This document shows positions 1 through 10,677 of a stretch of 64,000 bases of DNA, in pieces. Position numbers and translations under genes: made by a program. Location: the NCBI GenBank assembly GCA_963782915.1, contig CAWALK010000011.1:96001-160000 (forward strand). The letters are read 5' to 3'. Source of the stretch: an uncultured archaeon. Lineage in GTDB: Archaea; Thermoproteota; Bathyarchaeia; Bathyarchaeales; Bathycorpusculaceae. The notes below the pieces were generated by a model that did not search any database, was not told the origin of the DNA, and saw only the letters and a list, made by a program, of their open reading frames with translations. Positions within the stretch are counted from its first letter, which is position 1, and each line of letters opens with the position of its first letter.

Positions 1-386
1 ATCGGGCAACTTTGGCGATGGTGGTGGTTTTTCCTGTACCGTTGATACCCAACAAACATCAGTGAGAAGGGTTCTTTTTTCTTGCGTTTCTCATCTGCCT
101 TCGCCAGCAGATCCACGCGTTCTTTAGTTAACATAACATCCAAGAGGACTTGGCGGAGGTTTTCGTCTACAATTTTTTTGCGGTCGTCCAAGCGTTTAAC
201 TTGGATGCGGTCTAAGCGTTTTGTGAGGTCGTCGCAGATTTTGTCCGCAACGGGATAAGCCACATCGTTTTCTGCTAGACTCATTTTGAATTCGGATAAA
301 ATCGGAGTTAAATTTTCAGCTTTAAGTTCGGTTGTTGTAACTTTACTAACTAAACCTTTGAAACCGGACTTTAGCTTCTCAAACAT
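1..386 (-). CDS. ftsY: SRP receptor FtsY (5' part, runs off window)
   Basis: Manual translation MFEKLKSGFKGLVSK...FVGINGTGKTTTIAKVAR (SRP GTPase G1 motif); canonical position after pfdA. Confidence 0.93.
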   Translation of the reverse strand, partial: MFEKLKSGFKGLVSKVTTTELKAENLTPILSEFKMSLAENDVAYPVADKICDDLTKRLDRIQVKRLDDRKKIVDENLRQVLLDVMLTKERVDLLAKADEKRKKKEPFSLMFVGYQRYRKNHHHRQSCP

Positions 387-395
387 CGCACTACT

Positions 396-878
396 CTACT
401 GTTTTCCTTGTCTTTCAGCCAGCATGGATTCTAGTCTGCCGCGGCCGCTGTTTATGCGTTCGGCGATTTGGTTGAATTGCTGCTGAGCGGAGTTCATGGT
501 TTTTTCCAGTTCGTCGAGGCGTTCTTTGAGGGTTGCTTTGGCGTCCGGTAACGCTTTTTCGATGGAGACTCCTGAGCCCATGCCAACGATGATTTTGGTG
601 GCGTCTGCGAGTTTTACTTTGACGTATGAGCTTCCGCCGATTGGAACTAGCATCTCTGTGTTTTCTTTTTCTTTCTCTATGCCGTCTAAGGTTGCGTTGG
701 CGTATGTGATGTCTGTTATGGCTGCGTTGACCATTTGGATGCGTTGCTGTAGGGCTTCTGCGGTTTGTTCGAGGTAGCGCATTTCCATGCTGAGACGTCG
801 AAGTTCTTCTTCAGCTTGGGCTCTTTGAGTCAAATTACTATTCTCCGGTGAGTATTTTTTTAACGATTGGGTTTTCAA
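396..878 (-). CDS. pfdA: Prefoldin alpha subunit (true start probably ~832)
   Basis: Coiled coils flanking MLVPIGGSSYVKVK...IIVGMGSGVSIEK hairpin; conserved synteny. Confidence 0.93.
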   Translation of the reverse strand: MKTQSLKKYSPENSNLTQRAQAEEELRRLSMEMRYLEQTAEALQQRIQMVNAAITDITYANATLDGIEKEKENTEMLVPIGGSSYVKVKLADATKIIVGMGSGVSIEKALPDAKATLKERLDELEKTMNSAQQQFNQIAERINSGRGRLESMLAERQGKQ

Positions 879-1065
879 CTTCGTCGACTGTTAACTCTTT
901 TGTGCTGATGATTTTTATGTGGAAACGTTTCACGCGGTGTCTGCTGCCTATGTCGGCATAGATTCTTTCGATAGCGTGTTCTTTTTTGTCTGCTAGGACT
1001 TCTCGACTGAATGGAGTTGACAGTTCTGGCTTGTTGATTTGACCGGTTACTTTGAAAGCTTTCAT
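838..1065 (-). CDS. rpl18a: 50S ribosomal protein L18Ae/LX
   Basis: AIERIYADIGSRHRVKRFHIKI motif; between eIF6 and pfdA. Confidence 0.9.
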   Translation of the reverse strand: MKAFKVTGQINKPELSTPFSREVLADKKEHAIERIYADIGSRHRVKRFHIKIISTKELTVDEVENPIVKKILTGE

Positions 1066-1748
1066 GGTATCTTTTCTTCCTGCACAACATCCAGTGCATT
1101 CCCAATTATAAACATCTCGGGTCCAGTTGTCATAGAACCAGCTACAGCCGAGTGACTATTAGCGATTAAGCCTGTGCCGACATAGGGTAAACCGCAGTTC
1201 ACAGTGCCCAGTTCAACGGGAACTTTGAAGACGCTTTCGAGGATTTTGCGTTCTTCGTCTTTTAGCATTGGATGCGCTAAGACGCCTTTGTTGGTTGCGC
1301 TGGCTAATGAACCGACATAGGGTAAGCCTGCGATTTCTGTTGGCACTACTTCTACGCCTAGGGTGTCTGAGATGAGTTTGATGTCTTCCGGTTTGAATCG
1401 TGGGTCAACTACGGCGCCTTTGTCGTTGGCTAAGACGAGGTTGCCGAAAGCGGTTTTTTTGGTTTCCATGATGGTGATGTTGCCTTTGAAAACGGCTTTG
1501 ATGTGTTCAATCTCTTCCATTCGGACTGCCTGTGAAACAACTAGTCCGTTAGAGTTTGCACAAACCAATGAACCAATCAGCACTGAACCGCTGATGGATG
1601 TGTGAATAAGTGGGACCTGAAGCCAATCAGCGTATTCTTTGGCTTTGTCATCTGGAACCATCTGTGGAATCATTACCATATGTTCAGTTGCCAATGAGTA
1701 TACGCCGATGCTTGGGCTTCCAACTATGCTGGATAAGTAAACTGTCAA
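1062..1748 (-). CDS. eif6: Translation initiation factor 6 (aIF6)
   Basis: GNLVLANDKGAVV, GSLASATNKGVLAHP, GTVNCG pentein repeats. Confidence 0.95.
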   Translation of the reverse strand: MTVYLSSIVGSPSIGVYSLATEHMVMIPQMVPDDKAKEYADWLQVPLIHTSISGSVLIGSLVCANSNGLVVSQAVRMEEIEHIKAVFKGNITIMETKKTAFGNLVLANDKGAVVDPRFKPEDIKLISDTLGVEVVPTEIAGLPYVGSLASATNKGVLAHPMLKDEERKILESVFKVPVELGTVNCGLPYVGTGLIANSHSAVAGSMTTGPEMFIIGNALDVVQEEKIP

Positions 1749-1835
1749 GAATTATCGTCTCCTGATGCGATTAGCGAAGAGTGTCATGCATTCTGCCTAT
1801 TTTAGATTGTGGTTTGTTTAAGTTAAAAAAATTGC

Positions 1836-3109
1836 TTAGAAACCACTTTCTTTGGGCCCAACCGGTAAGGTAACGATGAATGCCGTGCCTTGCCCCACTT
1901 GGCTTTCAAAATGAACTGAGCCGTTTAGTGCTTCAGTGAGCCGTTTAACAACAGCTAAGCCCAATCCTTGCCCTTTTGCTTTGGTGGTGAATAAGGGTTG
2001 GAAGATTTGCGACTTCACATGCTCGGGTATACCTAAACCTGTGTCTTTAATGGAAATCGCTACTTTATTCTTGGCGGGGGCATTTGCAGTTATCGTTAGT
2101 TTGCCGCCTTGGGGCATTGCTTGCTGCGCATTAGATATGAGGTTAACTAGAACCCGTTTTAGGTATAGGGGATCAGCGTTGATTTTTGGCAGGTTATCGG
2201 CTACTTGTATGCTAACTGCAACGTTTTCTGGGATAACGGAGCTTGAGAGAGAATCATGAATGGAACCGGCTAGTTCTATAATCTGGGGTTTTGGCGTTAA
2301 GGGTTTTGTGTAATCCTGAAGGTCCGCTACTATTTTGTTGATGTAGAAAGTTTGCTCTTCTATAAGACCCAATGATTCCTTTACTTCGCCCTTGGCGGAA
2401 GAGTCTGGTAATGAATCAAGTTCTTGCTTGGCAAGATACAATTCGCTGACTATGGATTGGAGAGGGTTACGAATATCATGCCCAACCATGCTTGCCGTTT
2501 GACCAATAGCGGCTAAACGCTCTTTGTCTTGAAGCTGTTTGGTGCGTTCACGAATGGTTGATTCTAGGTTTTGAGTGTACTTTTTGAGGTCTTCTTCCAT
2601 GTGCTTGGATAAATCGGTGGTAACTATGAAAGTGGTTGTTGTATCGTCTGCTTTTATGGAGTTTGCAGATACATAAGCAGGAACTACATCGTGTCCTTTA
2701 CTTGGAATGCGATTTCTTTGGCGACTGCACCTTTCCCTGACCTGCATGCTGCCAAGAGTTTCCTAAAATCCTCCAAGTGTTCTTGGGCAACGACGGATTC
2801 GATATTGCTTCCAATCAGTTTATCGAGAGGAACCTGCACCATTTCAGCAAAGCCTCTGTTGCAGTACAGTATGCTGTTATCATCGCAAAGCATGACTGCG
2901 CCTTCACGCATTTCTTCGATAAGCAATCGGTAAGGGGTCTCGGCACCCGTTAAAGTATAGACTTTTGGGCCTTCAGGTGAAGAAACAACTAAGGCATCGA
3001 CTTCGCCCTGATGAATAGCCCGCAATGTTTCGTTAGCTTCTGCTAGTTGTTCACGTAGCGCTTGGTTTTCGGCTTTCAGAGCTTGGTCTTTTGAGTTTTC
3101 AGCTGTCAT
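1836..3109 (-). CDS. PAS-domain sensor histidine kinase (split by a frameshift near 2690)
   Basis: N-part 2684..3109 has ETLRAIHQGEVDALVV plus PAS (ILYCNRGFAEM); C-part has H-box VGHDIRNPL, N-box NLISNA, DTGLGI, FTTKAKGQGLGL. Confidence 0.88.
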
Positions 3110-3113
3110 AAGT

Positions 3114-3467
3114 CTACTTCTTTTTAGCTTCTTTAGGAATGATATCTAACCCTACTAGGATACGATCTTTATTTGACATGTCACCGATGAATTTCCGCAA
3201 AGGTAGGGGAAGTTTTTTGATAAGAGTAGGTGCGGCAATTATCTGTTCGGTTTTAGCGTAATCCGGTTGCTGATAGATATCGATAACTTCGAGTTCACAA
3301 CGCCCCTTTAAGTTTTCTTCACATATTTTCCGTACGTTCTCTATAGCTTTAATTGATTTAGGGGTCATCCCGGTTACATACAAACGCAGAATATACTTTT
3401 CGTTACTCTCTTCTCGTAAGGCTTTCTCGAATTCCTCTGTTACATCAGCGATGTCTTTAGAGCTCAA
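3114..3467 (-). CDS. kaiB: KaiB family protein
   Basis: LRLYVTGMTPKS...LEVIDIYQQP...IIAAPTLIKKLPLPLRKFIGDMS. Confidence 0.92.
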   Translation of the reverse strand: MSSKDIADVTEEFEKALREESNEKYILRLYVTGMTPKSIKAIENVRKICEENLKGRCELEVIDIYQQPDYAKTEQIIAAPTLIKKLPLPLRKFIGDMSNKDRILVGLDIIPKEAKKK

Positions 3468-3487
3468 AGGTAGTTACACTCCAGTAA

Positions 3488-3812
3488 TTATTCGTCGTTA
3501 GTCTCCAATTTATGGGGAAGAATATCAAGCCCCACCAAAACCCGTTCAGTATTCGAAAGGTCCCCTATTATTTTTCTAATAGGCTCAGGCAGCTTACGCA
3601 CGAGTGTTGGAATAGCTAAAATTTGGTCACCCTGTGCTAACTTAGGATTCTTAACCAAATCAATAACTTCTATGCGACATCTGCCGTTCAGGTGTTCTTC
3701 GCAGATTTTTTTGAGGTTTGCGAATGCTGCTTGGGATTTAGGGGTTTGACCTGCAACATAGAGGCGTAAATTCCAAAATTCTTCTTATCTTGCTCTTGAC
3801 TTGGTCAGTCAT
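3488..3812 (-). CDS. kaiB: KaiB family protein (missed by ORF track; frameshift near the 5' end)
   Basis: Manual translation [88 protein letters not shown]; stop at 3488, ATG at 3812 in another frame. Confidence 0.9.
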
Positions 3813-3829
3813 GAAGATATCACCTTTAC

Positions 3830-5573
3830 CTATGTTTTTTCTTCTCTTAAGCTTTTTTCATCCGCTTTTCGTGCCCGTGACATTTCTTGGCGATTTTCCG
3901 TTAGTGTCTTTTCTTTTTGTTTCTCTTGGAGGATTGCTTTCTTTATTTCGTCGGCTTTAGCTTCGAACTCTGCCTGTAGAGCGGCAATTTGGGATTCGGT
4001 TACTTTGCGTTTTCTCTCAAGTTCACGTTGAAGTCGTTCGGTTTCTTCTTTGCGGTTTTCTTCTTCGGCTTTCTCTTTTGATTCTTGGGCAAACCTTGCG
4101 GTACCAGTTAGCACTCCAGCGGGTCCAGTGTAAACGTTGACGATGTCTATGCCTTTACTGGTCAATAGGAACTCGCGGATTTGGTTCGAATGGGGCATAC
4201 CTCTTGATTTGAGGACATAGATGCCTCGGTTGCGTTCCCCTTGAATTTCTATATCGCGTAATAGTATCCATGTGTCCATGATTGAGGATACTTCCGCTTC
4301 AGTGCTTTCCAAGCCATGCAACATGTGTTAAATTGGTAAATACTGCAGTGATTTGTTTGCTCTTCAAATGGTCAATTAATCTTGTCAGCATAGAGCGGAC
4401 ATCGTCTGGTTCACCGATGCTAATCAAATTGCTTATTGGGTCAACGATAACAACGCTTGGCTTAAAATCATCGATATCCCGTTGCATAGTTACCAAATGT
4501 GTTTCAAGACCGTAGAGGCTTGCTCGTGCGGCGCGAATTTTTAGAAGCCCCTTTTCCACCCATTGCTTTAGGTTAATGCCTATGGACTGCATGTTTCTCA
4601 TGATTTGCTCGGGTGACTCTTCAAATGCGAAGATAAGGCAGCGTTCTCCGCGTTGGCATGTGGCGTTTGCAAAGGTAGCGGATATTGTACTCTTTCCTGT
4701 GCCGGCGGTTCCTGAAATCAGTATGCTGCTGCCACGGTAGAATCCTTTGCCGTCAAGCATTGCATCCAACCTTGGAATCCCTGTTGGAACCCTCTCGCTT
4801 GAAACTTGATAATCCAGATTCAGCGAGGTTATGGGCATTATGGAGATGCCTTTTTCGTCGATTATGAAGGGGTACTCATTTGTGCCATGCATTGAACCGC
4901 GGTATTTTACGACACGCAGGCGTCGTGTTGAGATTTGACCTGTTACTCTGTGGTCTAAGAGAATAACGCAGTCTGACACATATTCTTCTAAGCCGTAACG
5001 GGTTAATTCGTTGGTGCCCCGTTCAGCAGTTATTATTGCAGTTACACCTTTGTCTTTGAGCCATCGAAATAGCCTGCGTAACTCCGCACGCAGAATAGCT
5101 TGGTTACTTAATCCAGCGAAAAGTGATTCTATGGTATCCAAAACGACTCTTTTGGCGCCGATAGAATCAATCGCGTAGTTGAGGCGAATGAATAATCCTT
5201 CAAGGTCATATTCGCCTGTTTCCTCAATTTCATTGCGTTCAACACGGACAAAATCAATCAGTAGCTTCTTTTGTTCTATGAGTTGGTTAACATCAAAACC
5301 TAATGAGGCAACGTTTTTGGCTAATTCGTCAGGGGTTTCTTCAAAAGCCATGAAAACGCCTGGCTCGTTAAACATGGTTGCGCCACGTACAAGGAACTCC
5401 ATGGACATCAAGGTTTTGCCGCTTCCAGCGCCACCGGCAATCAAGGTTGGGCGTCCTTTGGGTAATCCCCCGAATGTTATGTCGTCTAATCCGCGGATTC
5501 CAGTGGGGGCTTTCGCCAGTTCTTTTAGAGTATTTCCTTGGCTTTTTGGCAAGTTAACATTCAACTCCATCAA
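3830..5573 (-). CDS. kaiC: Double-domain KaiC ATPase (frameshift near 4310)
   Basis: Two Walker A motifs (GGAGSGKT, GTAGTGKS), FEE catalytic motifs, KYRGS and KSRGM motifs, CII phosphosite region VSSIMDTWILLR, C-terminal coiled coil. Confidence 0.93.
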
Positions 5574-5658
5574 ACGAGCAAGCTATTAAACTTAAGAAAG
5601 CATTCACTAAAAAAGTTTTGTACATTACATAAAAGGCGTCAAAGCTTCTCATGAACAA

Positions 5659-5940
5659 TCACTTCAGACCAAGTTTCAATATAACATTTTGGGTGTTGGA
5701 TAAATCACCTATCAAAACCTTTGCGGGCAACGGATTTCTTCTGATGACAGTGGGAATGGAAACGATTTGGTTTTCTACTGCCAATTTGGGGTTTTTAAGT
5801 AAATCAGTTACTTGTATGGACCATTTATTCCTCAAGTATTTTTCACAAAGAGCCCTCAAGTTTTGGTAGGCAAATTCTGTTTTGGGGGTTCGACCGGCAA
5901 CGTATAGATCGAACTTCCAAACAACTGTTTGGTCTGCCAA
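5659..5940 (-). CDS. kaiB: KaiB family protein
   Basis: FDLYVAGRTPKT...DLLKNPKLA...IVSIPTVIRRNPLPAKVLIGDLS. Confidence 0.88.
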   Translation of the reverse strand: MADQTVVWKFDLYVAGRTPKTEFAYQNLRALCEKYLRNKWSIQVTDLLKNPKLAVENQIVSIPTVIRRNPLPAKVLIGDLSNTQNVILKLGLK

Positions 5941-6047
5941 TCAAAGTCGCCGTTAGAATTATTCGATTGTTTAAGCAGATAAGACTTTGCATAAACCGCA
6001 GAAAGCAAGTGCTAATAGTAGAATAGAGAAATGGTTAACGGGATTTG

Positions 6048-6485
6048 TTATCGCGTTAAAAGTGGGTATAAACTTAAATTAGCCTCAAATTGAGCGGCGG
6101 TGAACTCTCTAAATTTTAAGCTTAAGCCTGTCAATGAGACGCTTTTCGCACCTTTATTAAACCCAGGAATCAGGGGAACGCTTGGAAAATCGAGTCTTGC
6201 AAGGACCACTTCAGTTTTTGAAAGGTCACCGATGACTACTCTTTTGGGAGAAGGCGACGTTTTTATCACCGTCGGGCAAGCAGTAATGTTATCGCTAAGG
6301 GCCAAACTAGGGTTTCTGCCTAAATCCATTACCTCAATACGGTATTGCCCACTTAAGCGTTCATCGCATACTTTCTTTAGATTTGAATAAGCTGTGAGAG
6401 CCCTTTGGCTTTCTCCGCAGACGTACAGCTTAAAAACCCATATACCGGTGATTAAACTGCCAGAAATTTCGGTGTTCTTAATCAT
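6048..6485 (-). CDS. kaiB: KaiB family protein with C-terminal extension
   Basis: FKLYVCGESQRA...IEVMDLGRNPSLA...ITACPTVIKTSPSPKRVVIGDLS. Confidence 0.85.
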   Translation of the reverse strand: MIKNTEISGSLITGIWVFKLYVCGESQRALTAYSNLKKVCDERLSGQYRIEVMDLGRNPSLALSDNITACPTVIKTSPSPKRVVIGDLSKTEVVLARLDFPSVPLIPGFNKGAKSVSLTGLSLKFREFTAAQFEANLSLYPLLTR

Positions 6486-6985
6486 TGTACGCCTTCTTTT
6501 CCTTACCGATAGGAGCTAGCGTCAGTATTTAGCTGATATCAGCATAGGGTATCTTTAGAATAATGCCTAATAAGAATTGTCTTTACAATGGCTAACTCGC
6601 CGCTGTGGGGCAATCGTACGGTTTCGGGCGGTTATTTTCGCGTAACCTAATGGAGGGAGATAGCAGCTGAAATGCCAGGTGGTTTATGGCTCTACTACAG
6701 CACATGAATTGCAGACAAAACTGCTACAAATGCATAGGCAAAACACAGCTACACCCAACAAACGCCCAACAAAAACAACCAACCCCCCACACATACAAAC
6801 AAACCCAACCCAAAAACCCACAAATGCTTTTCTATACATAGAGGAAGAGGGGTCCCTGTGCAGAGCAACAAAATCGCTGCCAAGCCACTCTTTACCGTTT
6901 AAAGCAGGGTTGAGCCGCCAATGACCATATCTCTAGATTACCCATTAATGGATGCTTCTGGCAGGTGAATTCCATAGTAAGCAAT

Positions 6986-7148
6986 CCAACATACACCTAC
7001 AACTACAAACAACCAAACCAACATAGTTGTGGCAAAAAAACCTTGCCGCCCACAACCCAAATACGCAATAAAAAAGCCCCAAACCAAAAAAGCAACCCAA
7101 AACACAACCCAAACTTGTAGAAACCTACGCCACCCACAACCACACAAA
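6986..7148 (-). repeat. Dispersed ~160 bp G/T-rich repeat, copy A
   Basis: Reverse complement aligns to 17807-17967 (tgtggttgtgggtggcgtaggtttct ... ttgccacaa.tatgttggtttggttg). Confidence 0.8.
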
Positions 7149-7369
7149 GAGAAAAAGCATTTCGCCCTTAATAGAAAATCAAAAAATTAAACTGACCTGC
7201 TTGCGGCTTGCCCCACAACCAACAAGCAACCAAAACCAAACGCCAAACCCACAAACCATTGGTTATAGAAACGCAAAAGGGATTCAGGGCAACAACAACT
7301 ATAGAAAAGCAAAACAGCTAAGAATAAAGAATCAAAAAATTAAACTTAAAAAATGAAAAGAAAAGAATC

Positions 7370-7847
7370 TTACTGATTCTCAGCCAGAAAAACGGTAACG
7401 TTACCGTCTTTATCCTTTGTCACACGCGTCTTAATCCGGCGTGGAGGCTTTTCGATACCGCGAGCCCAAACCTTCTCGTTAATCTCTTTGCTGATGACGA
7501 GTTGGGGTAGCTCTTCTTCTTCCTCTTCTTCAGTGACTTTTATCTGAAGTTTCATGTGTTTGGTAACGAAGATTTTGATTAGCTGTATAGCACGTGGGGC
7601 ACGTTTTTTAGGTGGACGAACCAACGCTCGCGACAAGGGTATGGTGTAGAATCTTTCTTCGACGAATTCTTCTTCTTTCTTTTTGCGTTTAGGTTTTGCT
7701 TCTTCAACTTAGTGCTTCTGCTTCGACGGGGGTTTCTGCTGCGGCTGCTTCTGGTTGTTCAGCTATTTCTTGGGGTGCTTCTGCTAATTCTTCCACTTGT
7801 TCTTCTTGTTGTGGAGCTGTTTGTTGTTTAGTTGTTTCTTTGGGCAT
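7370..7847 (-). CDS. rpl31e: 50S ribosomal protein L31e with acidic N-terminal extension (frameshift near 7705)
   Basis: EERFYTIPLSRA...KKRAPRAI...INEKVWARGIEKPPRRI; ATG at 7847 starts MPKETTKQQTAPQQEEQVEEL. Confidence 0.9.
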
Positions 7848-7860
7848 AGTTATTTTTCTC

Positions 7861-8019
7861 CTATGGCTTTATTTTACGTGTGCGCCAGTTGCGTCGCTGC
7901 TTAGGGTTAGCTCTAACTTTTCCGTCAGTTCGGGCAATTACCCAGGTGGGAACAGACTGTGATTCTCTGCCAGCTTTAGCTAACCGAAGCTTTTTCGCGG
8001 TTGGTTTTACTCTTGCCAT
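7861..8019 (-). CDS. rpl39e: 50S ribosomal protein L39e
   Basis: Manual translation MARVKPTAKKLRLAKAGRESQSVPTWVIARTDGKVRANPKQRRNWRTRKIKP. Confidence 0.93.
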   Translation of the reverse strand: MARVKPTAKKLRLAKAGRESQSVPTWVIARTDGKVRANPKQRRNWRTRKIKP

Positions 8020-8023
8020 GTTC

Positions 8024-8353
8024 TTATATCCTTCTTATAGTTGTCTCTTTCTTCCTTGATTGAAGCTGTATTAGGATCGATTTGAGCTGCGCATCTGAAA
8101 GCGGAATAGGCAACTTGCCTGCCTGCGCCATTTCAATGAGCTGCATCTCGATGTTCTCGGTAAAGTCCTTCTTAACCATTTTAAGGTTATTTAGCCTTTG
8201 CCGAGCCTCAGGCGACAATATTTTTGCTAACAGCGCCTGTTTCTGATTTTCATACTGCTGTTCTGCTTGAGCTTGTCTTTGCTCGTCGCTTACGCGACCC
8301 TGCATCGAACGAAGTTTGCGATTGCGAATTTGCTCAAGCTCGTCATCTGACAT
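8024..8353 (-). CDS. PDCD5/TFAR19-family DNA-binding protein
   Basis: DDELEQIR, ILSPEARQRLNNLKMVK, LIEMAQAGKL; synteny with rps19e. Confidence 0.92.
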   Translation of the reverse strand: MSDDELEQIRNRKLRSMQGRVSDEQRQAQAEQQYENQKQALLAKILSPEARQRLNNLKMVKKDFTENIEMQLIEMAQAGKLPIPLSDAQLKSILIQLQSRKKETTIRRI

Positions 8354-8359
8354 GGTTTC

Positions 8360-8824
8360 CTATTCGCCTTGATACTTCTTGAGCTCAGGGAGCGTCTTGT
8401 ACATTTCTTTAGCTAAGTCTCCGGCGACTTCCTGCATTAGTTTGCGGCCTTTTGGAGACATGACTCTGCCTTGTGGGCGCATGGTTTGGATTAAACCGGC
8501 AGTTTCTAGTTGCTGTAGAACTTTGCGTATGCCGCTGCCGCCTGCTTTTGTGGCATGGTTCTTTTTGACGCCGTTGTTTTTGCGTCCGCCGTAGTCGCTG
8601 CGGAGGTTTTCTAGGCCGATTGGGCCGTGAATGTATACTTTGCGCATAATTGATGCGCTTCTTGTGTACCACCAGTTTGGATTCTGGGGTTGCTTCTCGA
8701 CGTGAGTGCCTGTTTTAGCAAATGCGGCCCATGGAAGTGGTTGTACTTCGTCAACGTTTTCCCTAAGGTACTTTGCTAATCGGTCGATGAATTTTGAAGC
8801 TGGAACGTCATGAGGAGTCGTCAA
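8360..8824 (-). CDS. rps19e: 30S ribosomal protein S19e
   Basis: KTGTHVEKQPQNPNWWYTRSASIMRKVY...YGG...IRKVLQQLE. Confidence 0.96.
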   Translation of the reverse strand: MTTPHDVPASKFIDRLAKYLRENVDEVQPLPWAAFAKTGTHVEKQPQNPNWWYTRSASIMRKVYIHGPIGLENLRSDYGGRKNNGVKKNHATKAGGSGIRKVLQQLETAGLIQTMRPQGRVMSPKGRKLMQEVAGDLAKEMYKTLPELKKYQGE

Positions 8825-9316
8825 AGATGCTCTATCCTATTAGTTTTTCCTTGCACTAAAACAATGAAGGGTAATATAAATATGTCTCTGAATGCAAAAG
8901 CAAACTTTAGTGCTCTCGGCGGTCATTAGCTCCCATATTTGCGGTGTCAACGGTTGTGCATTGAGCGGTTGCGGGTGGCTGCATCTGCATATTGAGGCAC
9001 TTATTTTATTGTGAATAGTTGCGGAGGTATTAAATGGTTTTCGTGGCGAGGTGTGACTGTTTTTCTTTATTGGTTGGTGCTGTGGGTCCCTCTTATTTCA
9101 ACAACAACCACGGACTTGTCGTTTTCTGTAATTCGAGTTGTTTGATAATAGTAGCAGCTACTTTGTGTTTACTGTTATTCCGTTTAGAAGTATTGGTAAA
9201 TTTTTGGGTAAGCGCTCTCAAGTTATTTTTTTCTTTTACCCAGATCCTGAACATTTTTTCCTTACCCTGCTTATAGCAACTAAGGTCTGGTGCAGTTACT
9301 TCTTCAACGGCTACAT

Positions 9317-9553
9317 TTATTTCTCCGTAAATTTCCTTATACTGCTCAACCAGTTAGCAAAATGTACGCCTCCACCCACGTATTTCTTAACCCACCGCTC
9401 TCCATTTTCATCTAACTTTTCAATAACCAATTCTTCTGTCGGATTTTCACATGGTTCTGACATAATCTCAAGCCTAAGGTGTCTTAGAATAAGAGATTTA
9501 TCCTCGCGGGATTGTAGTAAGGAACAGTTCAGTACCCATATCAGCAGTCGCAT
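9317..9553 (-). CDS. Small hypothetical protein (probably starts MSEPCEN and continues past a frameshift)
   Basis: ORF track; an alternative frame continues YGEINVAVEEVTAPDLSCYKQGKEKMFRIWVKEK. Confidence 0.4.
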   Translation of the reverse strand: MRLLIWVLNCSLLQSREDKSLILRHLRLEIMSEPCENPTEELVIEKLDENGERWVKKYVGGGVHFANWLSSIRKFTEK

Positions 9554-9588
9554 AACAGTTATTTTTAAGAGACCAAAACTGCATAGGG

Positions 9589-9837
9589 GTGATGCAGGGT
9601 AAAGTTATGGTGTTTGAGGTGGCAGTATCGAAGAAGGGTCAAATAACTATTCCCGCAAGACTTCGCAAGAAATTCAAGATAGAAGAAGGAACACACTTAG
9701 AAGTCATTGAAACAGAGGAAGGAATTCTCTTTAAGCCCAAAAAATCCCTTTGGGACCTGATTGGGTCAGGGGCACCATACGCTACTGTCGAAGAGGTAAA
9801 GAAGGATTTAGATGAGATGCGGGCGGAAGATGTCTAA
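9589..9837 (+). CDS. AbrB/MazE/SpoVT-family antitoxin (orphan)
   Basis: VSKKGQITIPARLRKKFKIEEGTHLEV swapped-hairpin signature. Confidence 0.85.
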   Translation: MMQGKVMVFEVAVSKKGQITIPARLRKKFKIEEGTHLEVIETEEGILFKPKKSLWDLIGSGAPYATVEEVKKDLDEMRAEDV

Positions 9838-10038
9838 AAGAGTCTACGATAAACGCTTTCGTGCTGAGGCAACCAAGAGAGTGCTGGAAAAACTCGATAA
9901 CCCGCCTGATATGGGAACGATCAGAGAAGGGTTCTCAATAGAAGACATTTATTGAGATTACCTGAGTAAGGCTTGATTTTGTCTGGCAGTAATTTGCTTT
10001 TTGGAAAAAATAAAAAATGTGAGGATTTCTGTAAAAGC

Positions 10039-10674
10039 TTAGACTGGCGGTGGTGGAGGCGGCGGAAGCACCATCTGATCAGCACCAACAACAGTATTTG
10101 GGGCTGCGGGAGCAGGCATCACTATTTTTCGGTGATAGAATCTTGCGGCAATGCATAGCGCGGCAACTGCAATTGCAAGGTAGAAAGGCCAGCCTAAATA
10201 TGCAGAAACTGGAACGCTCACGTTTACGTTGACACCCATATTGGCCATCGCTTCGGGGAGTCCCATTGTGCCGGAACCGTTGAGTGGGAAATCCATGCCG
10301 GCTAAGTATCGAACGGAAAAGTACATGCCAAGCAACGCTATAACGAACATTATGACGGCGTAGAGGGGTTTTTTGTAGCCAAAACCGAGCAGTTGCTTCG
10401 AGTATGATTTTGTTGGATAGAGGGAGTAGGCGAGCATGATTATTCCGCCGGCAGCTAAAGTTAACAGCGAAGCGATGTTTAGGGCATAAATCAGGGGGAT
10501 TGTGAGGATGTTGCCGAATAGGGCGAAGTTGAAGTTTACAGGTGAAACGTTAACGCTGGCCATTGCGGGTTCGCCGACACTGAGTTGCCACCAGGGAACA
10601 AAAACTGAAATCGCAATTAACACCAGAGTTAGGATGCCTGCTACTAAGGCTAAGTGGTTGATTTGGCGTTGCAT
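10039..10674 (-). CDS. Hypothetical multi-pass membrane protein with poly-Pro tail
   Basis: About 4 hydrophobic segments, PWW motif, C-terminal PPPPPPP. Confidence 0.7.
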   Translation of the reverse strand: MQRQINHLALVAGILTLVLIAISVFVPWWQLSVGEPAMASVNVSPVNFNFALFGNILTIPLIYALNIASLLTLAAGGIIMLAYSLYPTKSYSKQLLGFGYKKPLYAVIMFVIALLGMYFSVRYLAGMDFPLNGSGTMGLPEAMANMGVNVNVSVPVSAYLGWPFYLAIAVAALCIAARFYHRKIVMPAPAAPNTVVGADQMVLPPPPPPPV

Positions 10675-10677
10675 GAA

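Noticed and set aside
496-5589. Antisense ORFs in the track (e.g. 496..777, 1936..2259, 5179..5589)
   Set aside because: Shadows of well-supported genes on the opposite strand, with no motifs
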